DNA of 64,000 nt from positions 434,001 through 498,000 of the forward strand of contig JBEWZL010000003.1 in NCBI GenBank assembly GCA_045837725.1. Direction: 5' to 3'. Each line of letters opens with the position of its first letter. Positions within the stretch are counted from its first letter, which is position 1. Positions 1-13,383 of this stretch are shown here, piece after piece. The translations under genes were made by a program, and so were the position numbers. The stretch comes from Vermamoeba vermiformis (Eukaryota). The notes under the pieces were generated by a model. It did no database searches. It saw only the letters and a list, made by a program, of their open reading frames with translations, and was not told where the DNA came from.

Positions 1-1750
1 AACAACAGCTGGAAGCAGATCCCGTGTTGACGTACGAGTACAGCCCGAACGGTCAATTGTTAGCGCTGATTGGTGCAGAGAAAGTGCTATTAATAGAACC
101 GTTGAGCGGTGATGTGAAGCACGTGTTGAATGTGAAAGGTGTGAAAGAAGTGCACTGGAGTCCGCGCGGCAAGTACGTGATCACGTGGGAGAATGCGAGT
201 CACGAGGACAATTTGAAGATTTGGAGTGCCACCACCGGAGAACTGCTCCGACAGTTTGGACAGCGCTCAGTCGAGAACTTGACTTGGCCGCCCTTGCAGT
301 GGTCGCGCGACGAGTTGATTGCAGCGCGACACATTCAGCGCGGTGAGGTGTCGTGGCTCAAATTCGACGAACAGCTGCATCTGCCGCAACCTCTGCACGT
401 GCCTGGTCTGACGATGATTGAACTCTCGGGGGGCGAGGGCTCACCGCTCAAAGTAGCCACATTTGGTAGGTGACTGAGGCCTTGTAGCGCGCGTGTACTG
501 ATCTGTTTGCAGTGCCTGAACACGGCAGCAACCCTGCAGTGATCAAAGTGTTTCAGTGGCCCAACTTCCAAGTGCCGCTCGTGACCAAGACCTTCTTCAA
601 GTGTCAAGAGGTCGTGCTCAAGTGGAATGTCCAAGGCACGGCACTGCTGATCGAGACGATCAACCGACTCACCGATGCCTCGCGACAGAGCTACTACGGC
701 AACAATGGACTCTACTACCTCGCATTCAACGCGCAGACCTCCAAGCTCACCATTGACTGCCACGTGCCACTCTCCAAAGAAGGGTCGATTCACAGCGCCA
801 AGTGGAATCCTACTGGCAAGACCTTTGCAGTGGTGCACGGAGCTATGCCCAGCCAGACTACTATCTACGACTTGCACTGCCAACCTCTCGTGGATCTCGG
901 CATTGCACATCGCAACACACTCTGCTACAATCAGCAAGGCACGGTGCTCGTGGTCGGTGGATTTCAAGGACTCAATGGTGACATGGACTTCTGGGACGTG
1001 TCGCGTGTGCAGCCCAACAGCTCCTCCAAGCCCACCAAGTTCACCACCTCGAACTCGTACTGCGCGCACAGTCTCGAGTGGAGCAGTTGTGGCCAGTACC
1101 TGTTGACAGCTGTGTTGCACAAGAAGCTCAAAGTGGACAACGGTCTCAAAGTCTTCAAGCTCGATGGCTCGCTCTTGCATCACATCAAATTCTCGATGCT
1201 GTTCAAAGCACACTGGCGACCACTCGACTCGGCGCAGTTCCCAGCCCCCGTCATTCCCAAGCTCAATGCGGCAGCTGCTAACTCGCCGACCACCACTGCT
1301 CCGCGCGCAGGTGCCTACAAGCACCCGAACTTCAAAGGTGGACCAACGGCCTCTACGCCAGCCCCGCGCGATGAGGGTCCCAAGCTGTACCACGCCAGCA
1401 CGGGCAACAACACGCGTCGCACACCAGCACCGCGCAGCAATGATCCTCCTGGCTGGGAACCAGCTGAAAACAAAGCTCCTCAAGGCAAGAAGCAGCAACA
1501 AGCGCGCAACACCACCCCCACCAATAATAATAATGGCACTCCTCAGCGACGCGAGAGCAACGGCGCGAAACTTGAGAACAGCCCGCAAAGTGAAGCATTG
1601 AAGAAGAAGAAGGCCTTGGTGAAGAAGTTGAAGCAGATCCAAGAGTTGAAAGAGAAGCGAGCAGCAGGGCAAGCACTGAACGCAGATCAGGTAAAGAAAA
1701 TCGAAAGCGAAGAGAGCATCCGATCTGAAATTGAACAACTTAAACTGTAA
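1..1750 (+). CDS. EIF2A: Eukaryotic translation initiation factor 2A (beta-propeller); 5' end lies outside the window
   Basis: Frame is open from base 3. A GT-AG intron at ~467-512 joins ORFs 24..473 and 512..1750. Motifs: WSPRGKY, SYYGNNGLY, GFQGLNGDMDFWD, LKVDNG, and C-terminal KKLKQIQELK...Q..KI. Confidence 0.9.
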
Positions 1751-1921
1751 TTCTTGTTATATTGCGAACAACCCTACCCAATTACTGTGAATAAAACACC
1801 CTCCATTCCCACATTGACAACAACAGCTATCACTATTGCATCACGTGCTCGAATCACCCACCGACTTTTCGCTGGCCAAAAATTTTGCTTTTATCTCGCA
1901 ATTTGAATACAAACAACAACA

Positions 1922-3405
<1,484 letters not shown>

Positions 3406-3600
3406 AGTAGTTCGAACTTACCCCAGAGTAAATACGAGCTTTGTTAAACTTTTGAAGGCCCTGTCTGTCATACTTTATTTTAAATAAGCGCCATTTAATT
3501 GTTTCAAATTGAAGTTTATCAGACATCACTATAATTCATTCAAAGTGAGTTCTTGTATGGTATATGAAGCGAAGAGAGATTAGATAGCGGTGCGCCAATT

Positions 3601-3917
3601 TTTGGCGCGAACCGGGAAATCTCCAAAAATTAAGCGCGGGATTTGGCGCCAAATTCTTTACGCAAGGGCACTTGATTTTTTTTTTCTTATCCACTTCTAT
3701 CAATTTGAGTAGGCCACAATCCTCGCTAACATGGACAAACTAGAGAGGCTCGAAGTTAAAAACTTCAAATCCTACAAAGGAGAGCAAATCCTTGGTCCTT
3801 TCCAGCAGTTTACTGCGATTATTGGCCCCAACGGAGCAGGTAATTATGGTTATATATATTTGTTGCTTGGATATTATTTAGATTCGTATTTGAGCTCTTT
3901 GTAATTTTCGCGGGAAA
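3601..3917. promoter_or_regulatory. E2F-like sites around the SMC1 start
   Basis: TTTGGCGC at 3601, perfect dyad TTTGGCGCCAAA at 3642-3653, and GCGGGAAA (TTTCCCGC on minus) at 3910-3917 in intron 1. All match the TTTSSCGC consensus. Confidence 0.55.
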
Positions 3918-6900
3918 ACTGATTTAATTTTAAATAGGCAAATCCAACGTTATGGACGCTATTAGCTTTGTGTTGGGTGTCCGAGCAACTGCATTGCGAA
4001 GTGAAAATCTTCAAGACCTTATTTACCAACAAGACAAAGAGGGCAAAGGCAAATCTCGCTGCTTCGTGCGATTGGTCTATTTGCGCAAGGCTACCTCAAA
4101 GCGTGCTGAAGAAGAAATACACTTCCAGCGTTCTATCTTGTACGATGGCAAGGATAAGAAGACAGACAAAGACAAATACGTTTCTGAGTACCGCATCAAC
4201 AACGAAGTGGTGTCTTGGGACGATTACAACAAGAAACTCGCCTCGTTCAACCTCATCGTAAAGGCACGCAACTTCTTGGTCTTCCAGGGCGACGTTGAAT
4301 CGATTGTCACCAAGTCTGGCACCGAGCTGACGCGCATGTTGGAATTGATCTCAGGCTCCGATGAGCTTCGCGAGAGCTACGAAGAGGCGAAGAAAGACAA
4401 AGCAGACGCAGAAGAGAACACCATCTTCAACTTTCAGAAGCGTCGTGGTATCACTGCTGAGAAGAAACAGTACAAGGAACAACTTTCAGAGGCGACGAGA
4501 TTCCACGCTTTGAAGGAGCAACAAGCCAATATTCAAGTGCATCACCTCCTGTTCCAACTGTTCTATCTCAACAAGGACATTGAAGACACCGAGACCGATC
4601 TCAAACAGAAGAGTGATGAATTGCTCAAGCTGCAGCGAAAGAAGGACTCGCATGACAAAGAGCTTGCTGAGAAGAAAAAAGAACAGGCCAAGTTGCATCA
4701 AAAGAGCATGGCTGAGGAGCGCAAGATCTCTAAAAAGCAGAAAGAGCTCGATAAGGCCAAGCCTGCACTGATCAGCGCACAAGAGTCTATCGCGCATACA
4801 ACTCGCCGCATCGAATCCAATCGCACTGCACTTGACAAGCTTGAAGAAGAGCGCGACAACCAAGCAAAGAAAATCGAGTCTCTCGAAGAAGACTTGGGCG
4901 AGGTTGAGCGACAAGAGCGTGAATTTGAGGATGAATGGAAGCAACAACAGAAGAAGATGAAGGTGACGCTCGATGAAGATCAGTGGCGCGAATACAATCG
5001 CCGCAAAGAAGAGGCCGCTAAGCGTACTGCTAAACCTCAGCAAGAACTCACTCAAATCGAGCGTGCGCAATCTCTCGATGAAGAGGCACTCAAGCGCGAA
5101 GAGGCAAAGATGAATGATCTCAGTGCACAACTGCGACAACTTGAAGAGTTGCGTGCACAATTGATGACTCGCCGCGCTCGCGTTGAAGAGGTCATCAACG
5201 AAACCAATGCGCGCACCAAGGAGTTGAAGAACGAGATCGACGACATTAACGGCAGCAATCAAAAGGCGCGTGTTCGTCAAGAAGAGCTCGGTGAACTGCT
5301 GCGCGAGGTGCAAGAAGAGTTGCAACAAGTCAAAGTGCACAACTTGGAGACTGATCGTGAAAATCGTTTCCGCGAACTCGTAGCAACACTCAAGCGACTC
5401 TTCCCTGGTCGAGTGTACGGTCGTGTTCCCGACATCGCTAGTGCCAACAATAAGGCTTATCACAAGGCACTTGCAGTAGCTATGGGCAATCAACTCGATT
5501 CCATTGTCGTGCACGATGAGCGTACTGCAATGGAGTGCATTCGTTACATGCGAGATCAACGTGTTGGTACAGCCACTTTCTTACCGCTGGACACGCTTGT
5601 CACTGTGCCTGTGCCCGACCGCCTGCGCAATCTTGGAGGCAGTGCGAAACCACTCATTGATGTACTGAAGTTCGACGAACAATTCACCAAAGTTGTTGAA
5701 TATGTTGTGGGTCACGCCTTGGTCACAGATACTCTGGATGAGGCGAAGAAACTGGCTTACAACCGCCGTGGTGAGAAGTTCAAAGTTGTGACATTGGACG
5801 GCACTTTAATCTACAAATCTGGTTTGATTACTGGTGGTTATGCTGAAGATGTTGAAGCTCGTGCCACTCGTTGGGAAGAGAAAGAGATTAACGATATTCG
5901 CAAGCGCCGTGACAAGTACTTGCAAGAACTCGCAGAGATCGGTCAAACGCTTCGTTCATTTGCCCGTGAAGAACAATTGCGCTCTCAACAGTCGGCCCTG
6001 GAAAGCAAGCTCAAGTTCTCGAAATACGACCTTGAAGTTACTGACGGCAAGCTGAAGAAGAACGACGAAGAGATTGGCGAGCTCAATGCTGCTATTAAGA
6101 AACTCAAGCCTACCATCAACAAGCTGACAGCTGCCATTGATGCTCGTCGTGCTGACATTGATCGTCTCAAGGATGAAATTCATAAGATTGAAGACGAACA
6201 GTTTAAAGACTTCAGCAAGGCTGTTGGTGTCTCCAATATTCGTGAATATGAAGAAACTCGTATGCGTTTGGCAAAGGAGCGTAGCGAAAAGACAGTGTTC
6301 TTCACGACGCAGAAGTCACGCATTCAAAACTTGCTGGAATACGAGCGACAACGAGATTTGGAGGGACCCATTGAACGACTCAAAGAGAAGATCTCTGAAG
6401 ACGAGAAAGAGAAGAAACGTCTCCAGGACCAAGAACGCGATGCCAGCAAAGAGGTGAAGAAGCACGAAAAAGAACTTGAAGAGATCAACAAGGGCTACAA
6501 AGAGGTCATGGAAGAGGTCAATCAACTCGAAACCTCTGTGAAAGCTCTGCGCAAAGACGCTGAGAGCTTGGGACGAGCAGTTGCGGCCATTGGTCGTGGT
6601 GTTGTGGCAGCTGAGACTAGTCTCGATCAATTCCGCACCAAGCGACACACTTTGTACGTGCAATCCCGCAGCATCGAAAAGGCGCTGCCCTTAATTAAGG
6701 GCGAAGATCTTCTGCCTACAGAAGGTGCTGATCCAACGGACCCCACCGCGCTCAAGAAGATGCTTGCCAGTGAAGACGAGATTGAACCAGAATTTAAAGA
6801 TAAACTCCCAGAAAAAGACAGGAAGTTGTCTAACGCGCAGAAGCGAGAAGAGCGTCACAACCAGTTCTTGGATGACTTGCAGAAGATTGCAGTTGAACTC

Positions 6901-7577
6901 GACAAGATTGCGCCCAACTTGAAGGCCGTGGATCGCATGGAGGATGTGAAAGCGCGTCTGAAAGAGACTGAAGAGGAGTTCAACAGCGCCAAGTCCAAGG
7001 CCCGTGATGCTCTCGAACAATTTAGAAAGATTCGTGATGAACGGTAAGTGACGCAGGAACATCTTGTACGAATTGTCCTCCAATGCTAATGTGCTGTCAA
7101 TGCAGTGTGCGTCGCTTCAAAGAGGCTTACGATCACGTATCAAAGGTGATTGACGAACTGTACAAAGATCTCACTGACGGTCAAGGTACTGCTTATCTCA
7201 GTTTGGACGATCCAGAAGAGCCCTACCTCGGTGGTGTGCGATACAACGCTATGCCTCCGAGCAAGACCTTCCGAGATATTGATCAGCTGAGTGGTGGTGA
7301 AAAAGCTGTCGCTGCTCTTGCGCTCTTGTTCGCCATTCACAGCTACCGTGCCTCACCGTTCTTCATTCTGGACGAGATTGACGCTGCGCTCGACATTACT
7401 AACGTGACAGTGGTGGCGCAATTCTTGCAGAAGAAAGCCAAGAGTCTGCAAGTGATTCTTATCTCGCTCAAAGACAAAGTGTACGACAAGACAAACGCCC
7501 TCATTGGCATCTATCACGATCGAGCGAATGTGTGCTCCAAGTCCATCACACTCGACTTGACGCAGTTCCCTGCTTAA
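3731..7577 (+). CDS. SMC1: Cohesin subunit SMC1, 3 exons
   Basis: NFKSYKG, Walker A GPNGAGKS split by intron 1, [12 protein letters not shown], hinge domain, LSGGEK signature, [16 protein letters not shown]. Confidence 0.96.
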
Positions 7578-7667
7578 TCGCGTTGATCCGCGTGATGATC
7601 TCTTGTAATATAGTAGTAATAAATACGGTTTTATTTTACATGGTTGGGCGTATGAAACAGTTAGAGC

Positions 7668-9855
7668 TTACATTTTTGGGCGTACAAAACAAGTCAGCTG
7701 TCCTCCCCACGCAGCAACGCTCAGCAAGTGTGGTGTGATGAGCACATCCGAGTACGGTGCCGTGTGCGCGGAGTGATACGTGACAGCGGGCACGAGTGCG
7801 GGGAGATCATCGGGACACGTGATTACCGCGGCACAGCCCTGATCGGTGCTCTCAGGTACATCGAGATCCACCAAGTGAGCAGGACGAGGCAGATGAATGG
7901 ACGAGCGGCGCAGACTGTTGCGGCGAGCACGTGATTCTTTGGGCAACAGCAACGAGTCCAGGGCAAAGTCCCAGAGCACGAGTCTGCAGTCCTGGCCCAC
8001 GGACACCAGTCTGTAGTAGCCCTCGCCCTTGCCGTGCCATGTGTCGCAACAGATCTTCGAGATCCAGCTGTGGTGAGCCTTGCCACGTGCCACAAAGTTA
8101 CAACGCGTTGCATCGTGCGCGTCAAACGTGCAAATATAGAGTGCGTCGTCTTCACCTCCCAGCACGAGATATTTGTCGTCGGGAGTCCACGTGACACAAG
8201 TCAGACCGCCATAATAGGATTTGTACACCACGACCATGCTGTGCAATGTTAATCCGCTGATCGAGGTTTGACACGTTGACACTTACCGCTCCGCTTCAAA
8301 GTCAAACACGCGCAAAAATCCGTCGAGACTGGCCGTAGCTAAGTAGCGACCATTGCCCGAAAAGGCAAAGTCTTTGATGGGCTTGCTCGACACGTGCCAT
8401 CGCGACACTGGATTGACATTTGCGTTCTGGTGACGCCAAATTGAGAAACGTTGCATATCTGCAATCATTGGCAGCTGCACACTGTCATCTTCAATTCGCT
8501 GCCGATCGATCACAAATAAATTTCCGCCAAGACTGGGAGATCGAATGTCATTGCTGTTGTTCGTCGTGTTCTGCGCGTAGAGCACTGTGTCATCAAATGA
8601 GGCTATAAATAGATCTGCATGCAGAGGGTGCCAGCACAATTTAACAACCGCACCGCGAGACAGCGCTTTCTAAATAAGGAAATGAGTCATTGCATATGCG
8701 TGCCATCGAGTCACTTACGCCCTTGTTGAAGTGTTTCGTGAATGATTTCCTAATCGGGTCATGCAGCAGTATGTCGCCAGATTTGAAGCCTATTAATAGC
8801 TCCAGTTCTATTTTTGGTTTGTTGTCCGCGAGCTCGTGTCGGACTGTGTTCCGATTGAGCACGTGACACGAGGGCGGGTGTCTGAACTGCAGCGTGAATG
8901 TTTGGCGCGTGTCATCGGATATCTCCGCGGTATCGCGTGACAGCACCGACATGACTATTTTTAGCGCGCCCTTGCTGACCGAACTCGCGCTCTGATTGGT
9001 CGGTGGACTGCTCAGGGAATATATCCACGTGACACGTGCATCCTGTTCATGAACGAAGTACAATGCGTCGTGTGAAGTCACGTGGACTGAGTTCTGTGGT
9101 GTTCTATTTATAGCCCTTTCGCTGGACAGCGTGTGATTGCCATTTATAGTATTGAATTTGCTGGTGGTTGTACGCGGTATAGTCAACGAGCTATTTTTGG
9201 GCTCTGGTTCTTTTTCGGGCACTTCCTTTTTTAGTAAATCGACTGCGCGTCGTCCAGTGTCCAAATCGAGCATATGCCACGTGCCTTCAGGGGCCTTAAA
9301 ATAGCGCTTGATTTTGACATCTGATGTGACACTCTTGTTGACAGGTCTATTTTTAGTCTCTACCGCTGACACGCTGCTGTCACTTGACGTGCGTGACGTG
9401 GTGCTGTCAATCGAGTCACGTGACTTGTCTGGCACTGCATCTGATGCGGGGCGATCGACTGCTTTGTGATTGCCTTTTTTGGACGCTGAATCTCCGAGAA
9501 CTTCAAAATCGTCTATTTTTAGCTCCGTGCGCGACTGATCACGTGATTCAGTGGCGCCGTTCGCTGCTTTGTCGGACTGATTCTAGAAGAGCAAATTGTC
9601 AGCAAGTGTTTGCGGGTATTTTGCGTTATTTTTAGACAAATAGAGCGGTGCACTGTCCATATTAGTAATTACTCAATAAATCAAAAATCAATTATTTTTA
9701 AAAATAAATAATTGCGAAAATTTGAAAAAATCCTTTCATGTTCATACCGCAGCGTGGCCATTCATCTCCACGTGCTTCAGAGGCGCGGAATTATTGTCTA
9801 AATTAGTACTGTCATGAGCACTGTCTGCGCTCTGATTGGCTGCAATGTCTGTCAT
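7668..9855 (-). CDS. WDR20: WD40-repeat protein of the WDR20/DMWD (CreC) family
   Basis: Motifs NPVSRWHV, ATASLDGFLRVFDF, KSYYGGLTCVTWTPDDKY, GGEDD, HHSWIS, YRLVSVGQDCRL. ATG at 9855 reconstructed through GT-AG introns. Confidence 0.85.
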
Positions 9856-10065
9856 GGTGCAGGGGTGAATGTAGCGCTACTCGCAGTAAATAGATATTGA
9901 ATAGCAGATAGATGTATATACAAGTGAGTCCTATTCTCGTTGTTCGTCTGGCTGGGCTGAGTGCTGCATCTGTTTGCAAAATTATTTCACTGCCATTCAA
10001 TTTCACGAACACAGCTCAGCAACACCGCGAATCGATATAGAAAGGATTGCAGTATATATATACTC

Positions 10066-11679
10066 ATGGAAACAACTTGCAGTAGCATCGTACAACGTGT
10101 TTTAGACTCGCAACTTGGATCTGCAGAACGTGCGCAGGCCTTGGGTGCCTTTGTGCGTCAATTTGAGAGTACGTGCACTTGCATTATGCGCATTTAACAC
10201 CGCGCGTTATTATGCATATTTAATGAATTTGTAACAGCGACCATGTCATTCAAAGCCATTTTATCGACGGATTTGAAACAAAAACTCGTTCAAAAATTAG
10301 TGGACGAGTTCAACAATAACAACGAGGCTAGTTTCAACCCGCAAGGTACGGCTGAAGTGTTCGGGTAGGTCAGAGCGGTGCTAATTGAGTCTAAAAATAG
10401 AACTCGCGCATCACGTGACTACACTGCGCGTACTGGCACGTGAAAATGATGGCATGGAGCCACTGTACAGCACCACTGTAAGTAGCGCACTGCTGGCACT
10501 GTTCGCGCTAAATTTGGACAGACTTTGCACCGCTTGATGGCCCTGGCTGGTCTCGCGCAATCACCACTGCCTAATTTGGACAAAACAGTGCAATTAGAGG
10601 CCCTGAAGTGCGTCATCAACGTCACGCTCAAGAACGACACGTGCATGAATGCGCTGTTCACTGAACAAGGTCACGTGACTGCACTCCGCTCGGTGCAGGC
10701 TGGACCGAACAGCGGAATAACTGACATGGAAGCCTTTGCGCTGTTCAAGCTGCTGGCAAACTGCACCGTGCCGAACAAAAGCACTGAAACTGACACGCGC
10801 AGTGCCATCGTGAATGAATTGCTGGCACGTGGTCTGTTGACATGTGTCAAAGAGTGGCTCGCAGCAGTGCTGTCACAGCTCAACCAGGGCCACGTGTCAC
10901 TCGTCGTGTCAGAGCTCGTGCGTGTCATGCTGCACGCCACCATTAATTGGGGTGTGCTCGCCCAGGGCTCGTTTGATGCTAAAAATAGCGACGCAGGCCC
11001 TGAGAACCATTTAAAGTCCGGCGGAACAATTATCGAAGACAAATACTTTGCTGAACTCGAAGTGTAAGTAACTGTGCTCTAAAAATAGCCACTGACACGT
11101 GCCAGCATCATCGAGTCACTGCTGCAACTGCTGGCCAGCACGGCAATCACGTGGGAGGTGCGGGAGAATATTGTCAGCGCCTTCTTGAACATCCCTGCGA
11201 GGTATATTCGTATACTTTTGCACCGCGCCATGCACCACACGATTGACAGCATTTGTCACGTGCTCGCGCACCAAGCAGCGAGTGGTGATGCACGTGACAT
11301 GGTGCCAACGATGATTTTGTTGTCCACCATTGCCTCGCAGCACGGTGAGGATCCTGATCCCAAGAACGAACAGCCACGTGATTACCTGTTAAAGAAACTG
11401 TTTCCTAATCGGGATCTAGCAACTGAACTCTCTGAAGGCGGTGACAGCAGCGCCCCAAATATGGAACCCAAAGGACGCGATGCGGACACACTGGGCAACA
11501 AAATCATTGCACAAATGACCTCGTTGGACATGGCTATCAAGTACAGCGCAAATGAGCTGCTCTTTCAGCTCGCAGAAGAGGATCCAGAACGCTTTGTCAA
11601 GCTGACTGGATTTGGCAATGCTGTAGGACTGCTTGCAATGCGTAATTTGTTTGGTATGGGTGCTCACTTGAAACAATAA
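10066..11679 (+). CDS. RIC8: Ric-8/synembryn G-alpha chaperone/GEF
   Basis: EALKCVIN and the C-terminal signature ELLFQLAEEDPERFVKLTGFGNAVGLL. Multi-exon. Head-to-head with the WDR20-like gene, ~210 bp apart. Confidence 0.8.
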
Positions 11680-12044
11680 AATCAACCTTGTATTAATTCA
11701 AGCTACCACTTAACCGAAGGATGGCATGTCCCCTGGGTCAAGTACGCCCTTGAGATGTTTTTTTCCGATTTCTTCCTGTTGCTGGACTCAGTACCCTTGG
11801 ACAGATGCAGGATCAGCGGATGGGTCGCAGCGTCCGCTGATGTTAGTAATTGACCAACTTATGCCAAACTTTGCTATTAGCACCAGCGGACGCAAGAAGT
11901 ACAACTATTGGCATCAGGAGGCTTTGGGCTAGCCGCTGGAGGCGGAAAATGACATTGTTCTGCAAAGAACTTCAGTCTAGAACTTTGTTCTCTATGCTGC
12001 AACTATTTAAACTTTGGCATAGGGAGGACGTCCTGCCCAAATTA

Positions 12045-12138
12045 GACAGGGTGTCCGTCCATAGACAGGGTGTCCGTCCGTGGACATGGTGTCCGTCCGT
12101 GGACAGGGCGTCCGGTCCCGGACGGGGCGTCCGCCGTG
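12045..12138. repeat. Tandem array of five 19-bp units, consensus GACAGGGTGTCCGTCCGTG
   Basis: Units start at 12045, 12064, 12083, 12102 and 12121. Each forms a short (G)GAC-N5-GTCC dyad. Confidence 0.9.
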
Positions 12139-12296
12139 ATTGGTAATTGACAAAACAGACCGGGGTTTTTTGCTAAATATAGTTTATATATGATTTACTT
12201 ATGGTTGTAAGTGAGTTGAGTTAAAATATTGCATAGGAATTATAAAAAGTACAAAAAGTGGTAAAAGTTCTATGAAGAACAACAGAGCATTCCTGA

Positions 12297-12764
12297 TCAC
12301 TCATTTCTGTGGCTATTACCTGCATTGGGAAGTTGTGTTGGTCCACTGGCCTCAGATTCGACTTCTGAGTGGTTTTCATCAAGTTGCTCTAAGTCAAAGC
12401 TCTCATCCAAGTAGTGTCCTTCATTAGGTGCAATTGCATTCAAGCTATCTTTGATATGTTCAATGTCTGCAGCGTTAAGGGCTCCAAATGGGTAGTCAAG
12501 TTCTATCTCCTTGATACGATCATGTGCAATTTGTTGAAGGTGATAAAGTCGGTCACCTTCTGGATCTTCACCAAAGTCATATGAAGTCTCCAATTGTGAA
12601 TTGCGGAAAGCGTTGTGGTCTCGGTACTTTTGACTTGCACTGGTGAACTCCTTCCAATAATCGTAGTACCGCAAGAATGGTGCCACATATTGGACATCCG
12701 ACAAGACAAGGCGAATAATTTTCGTACGGGAGTTGTTCATTTCTTCAGCTTCTTCAACCTCCAT
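12297..12764 (-). pseudogene. Intronless acidic orphan ORF (155 aa) within the island; probably a gene or element fragment
   Basis: The frame stays open upstream to ~12818, where it runs into the repeat motif. Third positions are AT-rich, unlike host genes. No family recognised. Confidence 0.4.
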
Positions 12765-12804
12765 TTCATACTCTGGTGCCTCATCTTCAACTTCTGGAGC
12801 GAGT

Positions 12805-13312
12805 CTTCTGATGTATGGTCAGCAGACGCGTGGTCCGTGGCGGACGTCCAATTTTTGCTGGACGGGATGTCCGCCCAAAGATATTGTAGTGGCAGCAATT
12901 TGTAAATGTTCAGCATTAAGTATGAACCCATCCCCAGGTCTGGACACCCGTCCATATTGGACGCCTTCTCATCCTTGTCCTACCAGTGGCAAATCCTTCC
13001 ATAATGAGCCATTCGCAGTTTCGCTGTATAAGATTGCTTATACTTAGACATGCATGGCTTAATTCTGAGACAAGCATACGCAGGATCAACCTTTTTATAT
13101 GGAAGGAATATTCTTAATCAAATAGATGGCATATAGAAATCCTATTAAAATCTTTGTGCTATATAATGTATGGTCAGCAGACGTGCAATTGGTCCAGGAT
13201 GGGCGGATGTCCAATTTGGCTTTACTCCAGGGACAAGATTAACGTCCGGAATTTACAAATCTTCCGCTATATTATGTACGGTCGGCTCATTATTTGTGGT
13301 TGCTGGATGGGC
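12805..13312 (+). repeat. Three degenerate direct repeats with core ATGTAYGGTCRGC
   Basis: ATGTATGGTCAGCAGACG at 12811 and ~13166, both followed by GGCGGAYGTCCAATTT. A third copy, CTATATTATGTACGGTCGGC, at ~13267 shares the upstream AAATCTT..GCTATAT with the second copy. Confidence 0.8.
13002..13091 (-). pseudogene. Degenerate fragment of the 18S rRNA 5' end (~90 nt)
   Basis: Minus strand reads GGTTGATCCTGC-GTATGCTTGTCTCAGAATTAAGCCATGCATGTCTAAGTATAAGCAATCTTATACAGCGAAACTGCGAATGGCTCATTA. This is the universal eukaryotic SSU 5' end with CAGTAGTC missing. Confidence 0.93.
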
Positions 13313-13383
13313 AGTTTTTTGACTTTTTGCAATGCATCAACCAAATTTGACACTTGGATGGCACTTCAGTGGTGCCCTTTTAT

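Larger units (their letters stand above)
11700..13380. mobile_element. Putative degenerate mobile/repetitive island between convergent RIC8 and USP genes; ends not defined
   Basis: About 1.7 kb between convergent genes, where other convergent gaps here are <200 bp. Contains GGAC..GTCC repeats, an intronless orphan ORF, an 18S fragment and three degenerate direct repeats. No TIR or TSD identified. Confidence 0.5.

Noticed and set aside
335-1738. Long antisense ORFs (also 4486-5559, 16182-17366, 22183-23505, 59519-60355)
   Set aside because: They are shadow frames of codon-biased real genes and show no recognisable protein features.
11700-11715. Possible TIR pair GCTACCACTTA / TCAGTGGTGCC (~13366-13376) for the island
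   Set aside because: The match is too short and imperfect, and no target-site duplication was found.
12045-12138. CRISPR-like array
   Set aside because: The units are contiguous with no unique spacers, there are no cas genes, and the context is eukaryotic.
13002-13091. Functional 18S rRNA gene
   Set aside because: Only ~90 nt are present, with a deletion in a universally conserved segment and no rest of the rDNA unit.
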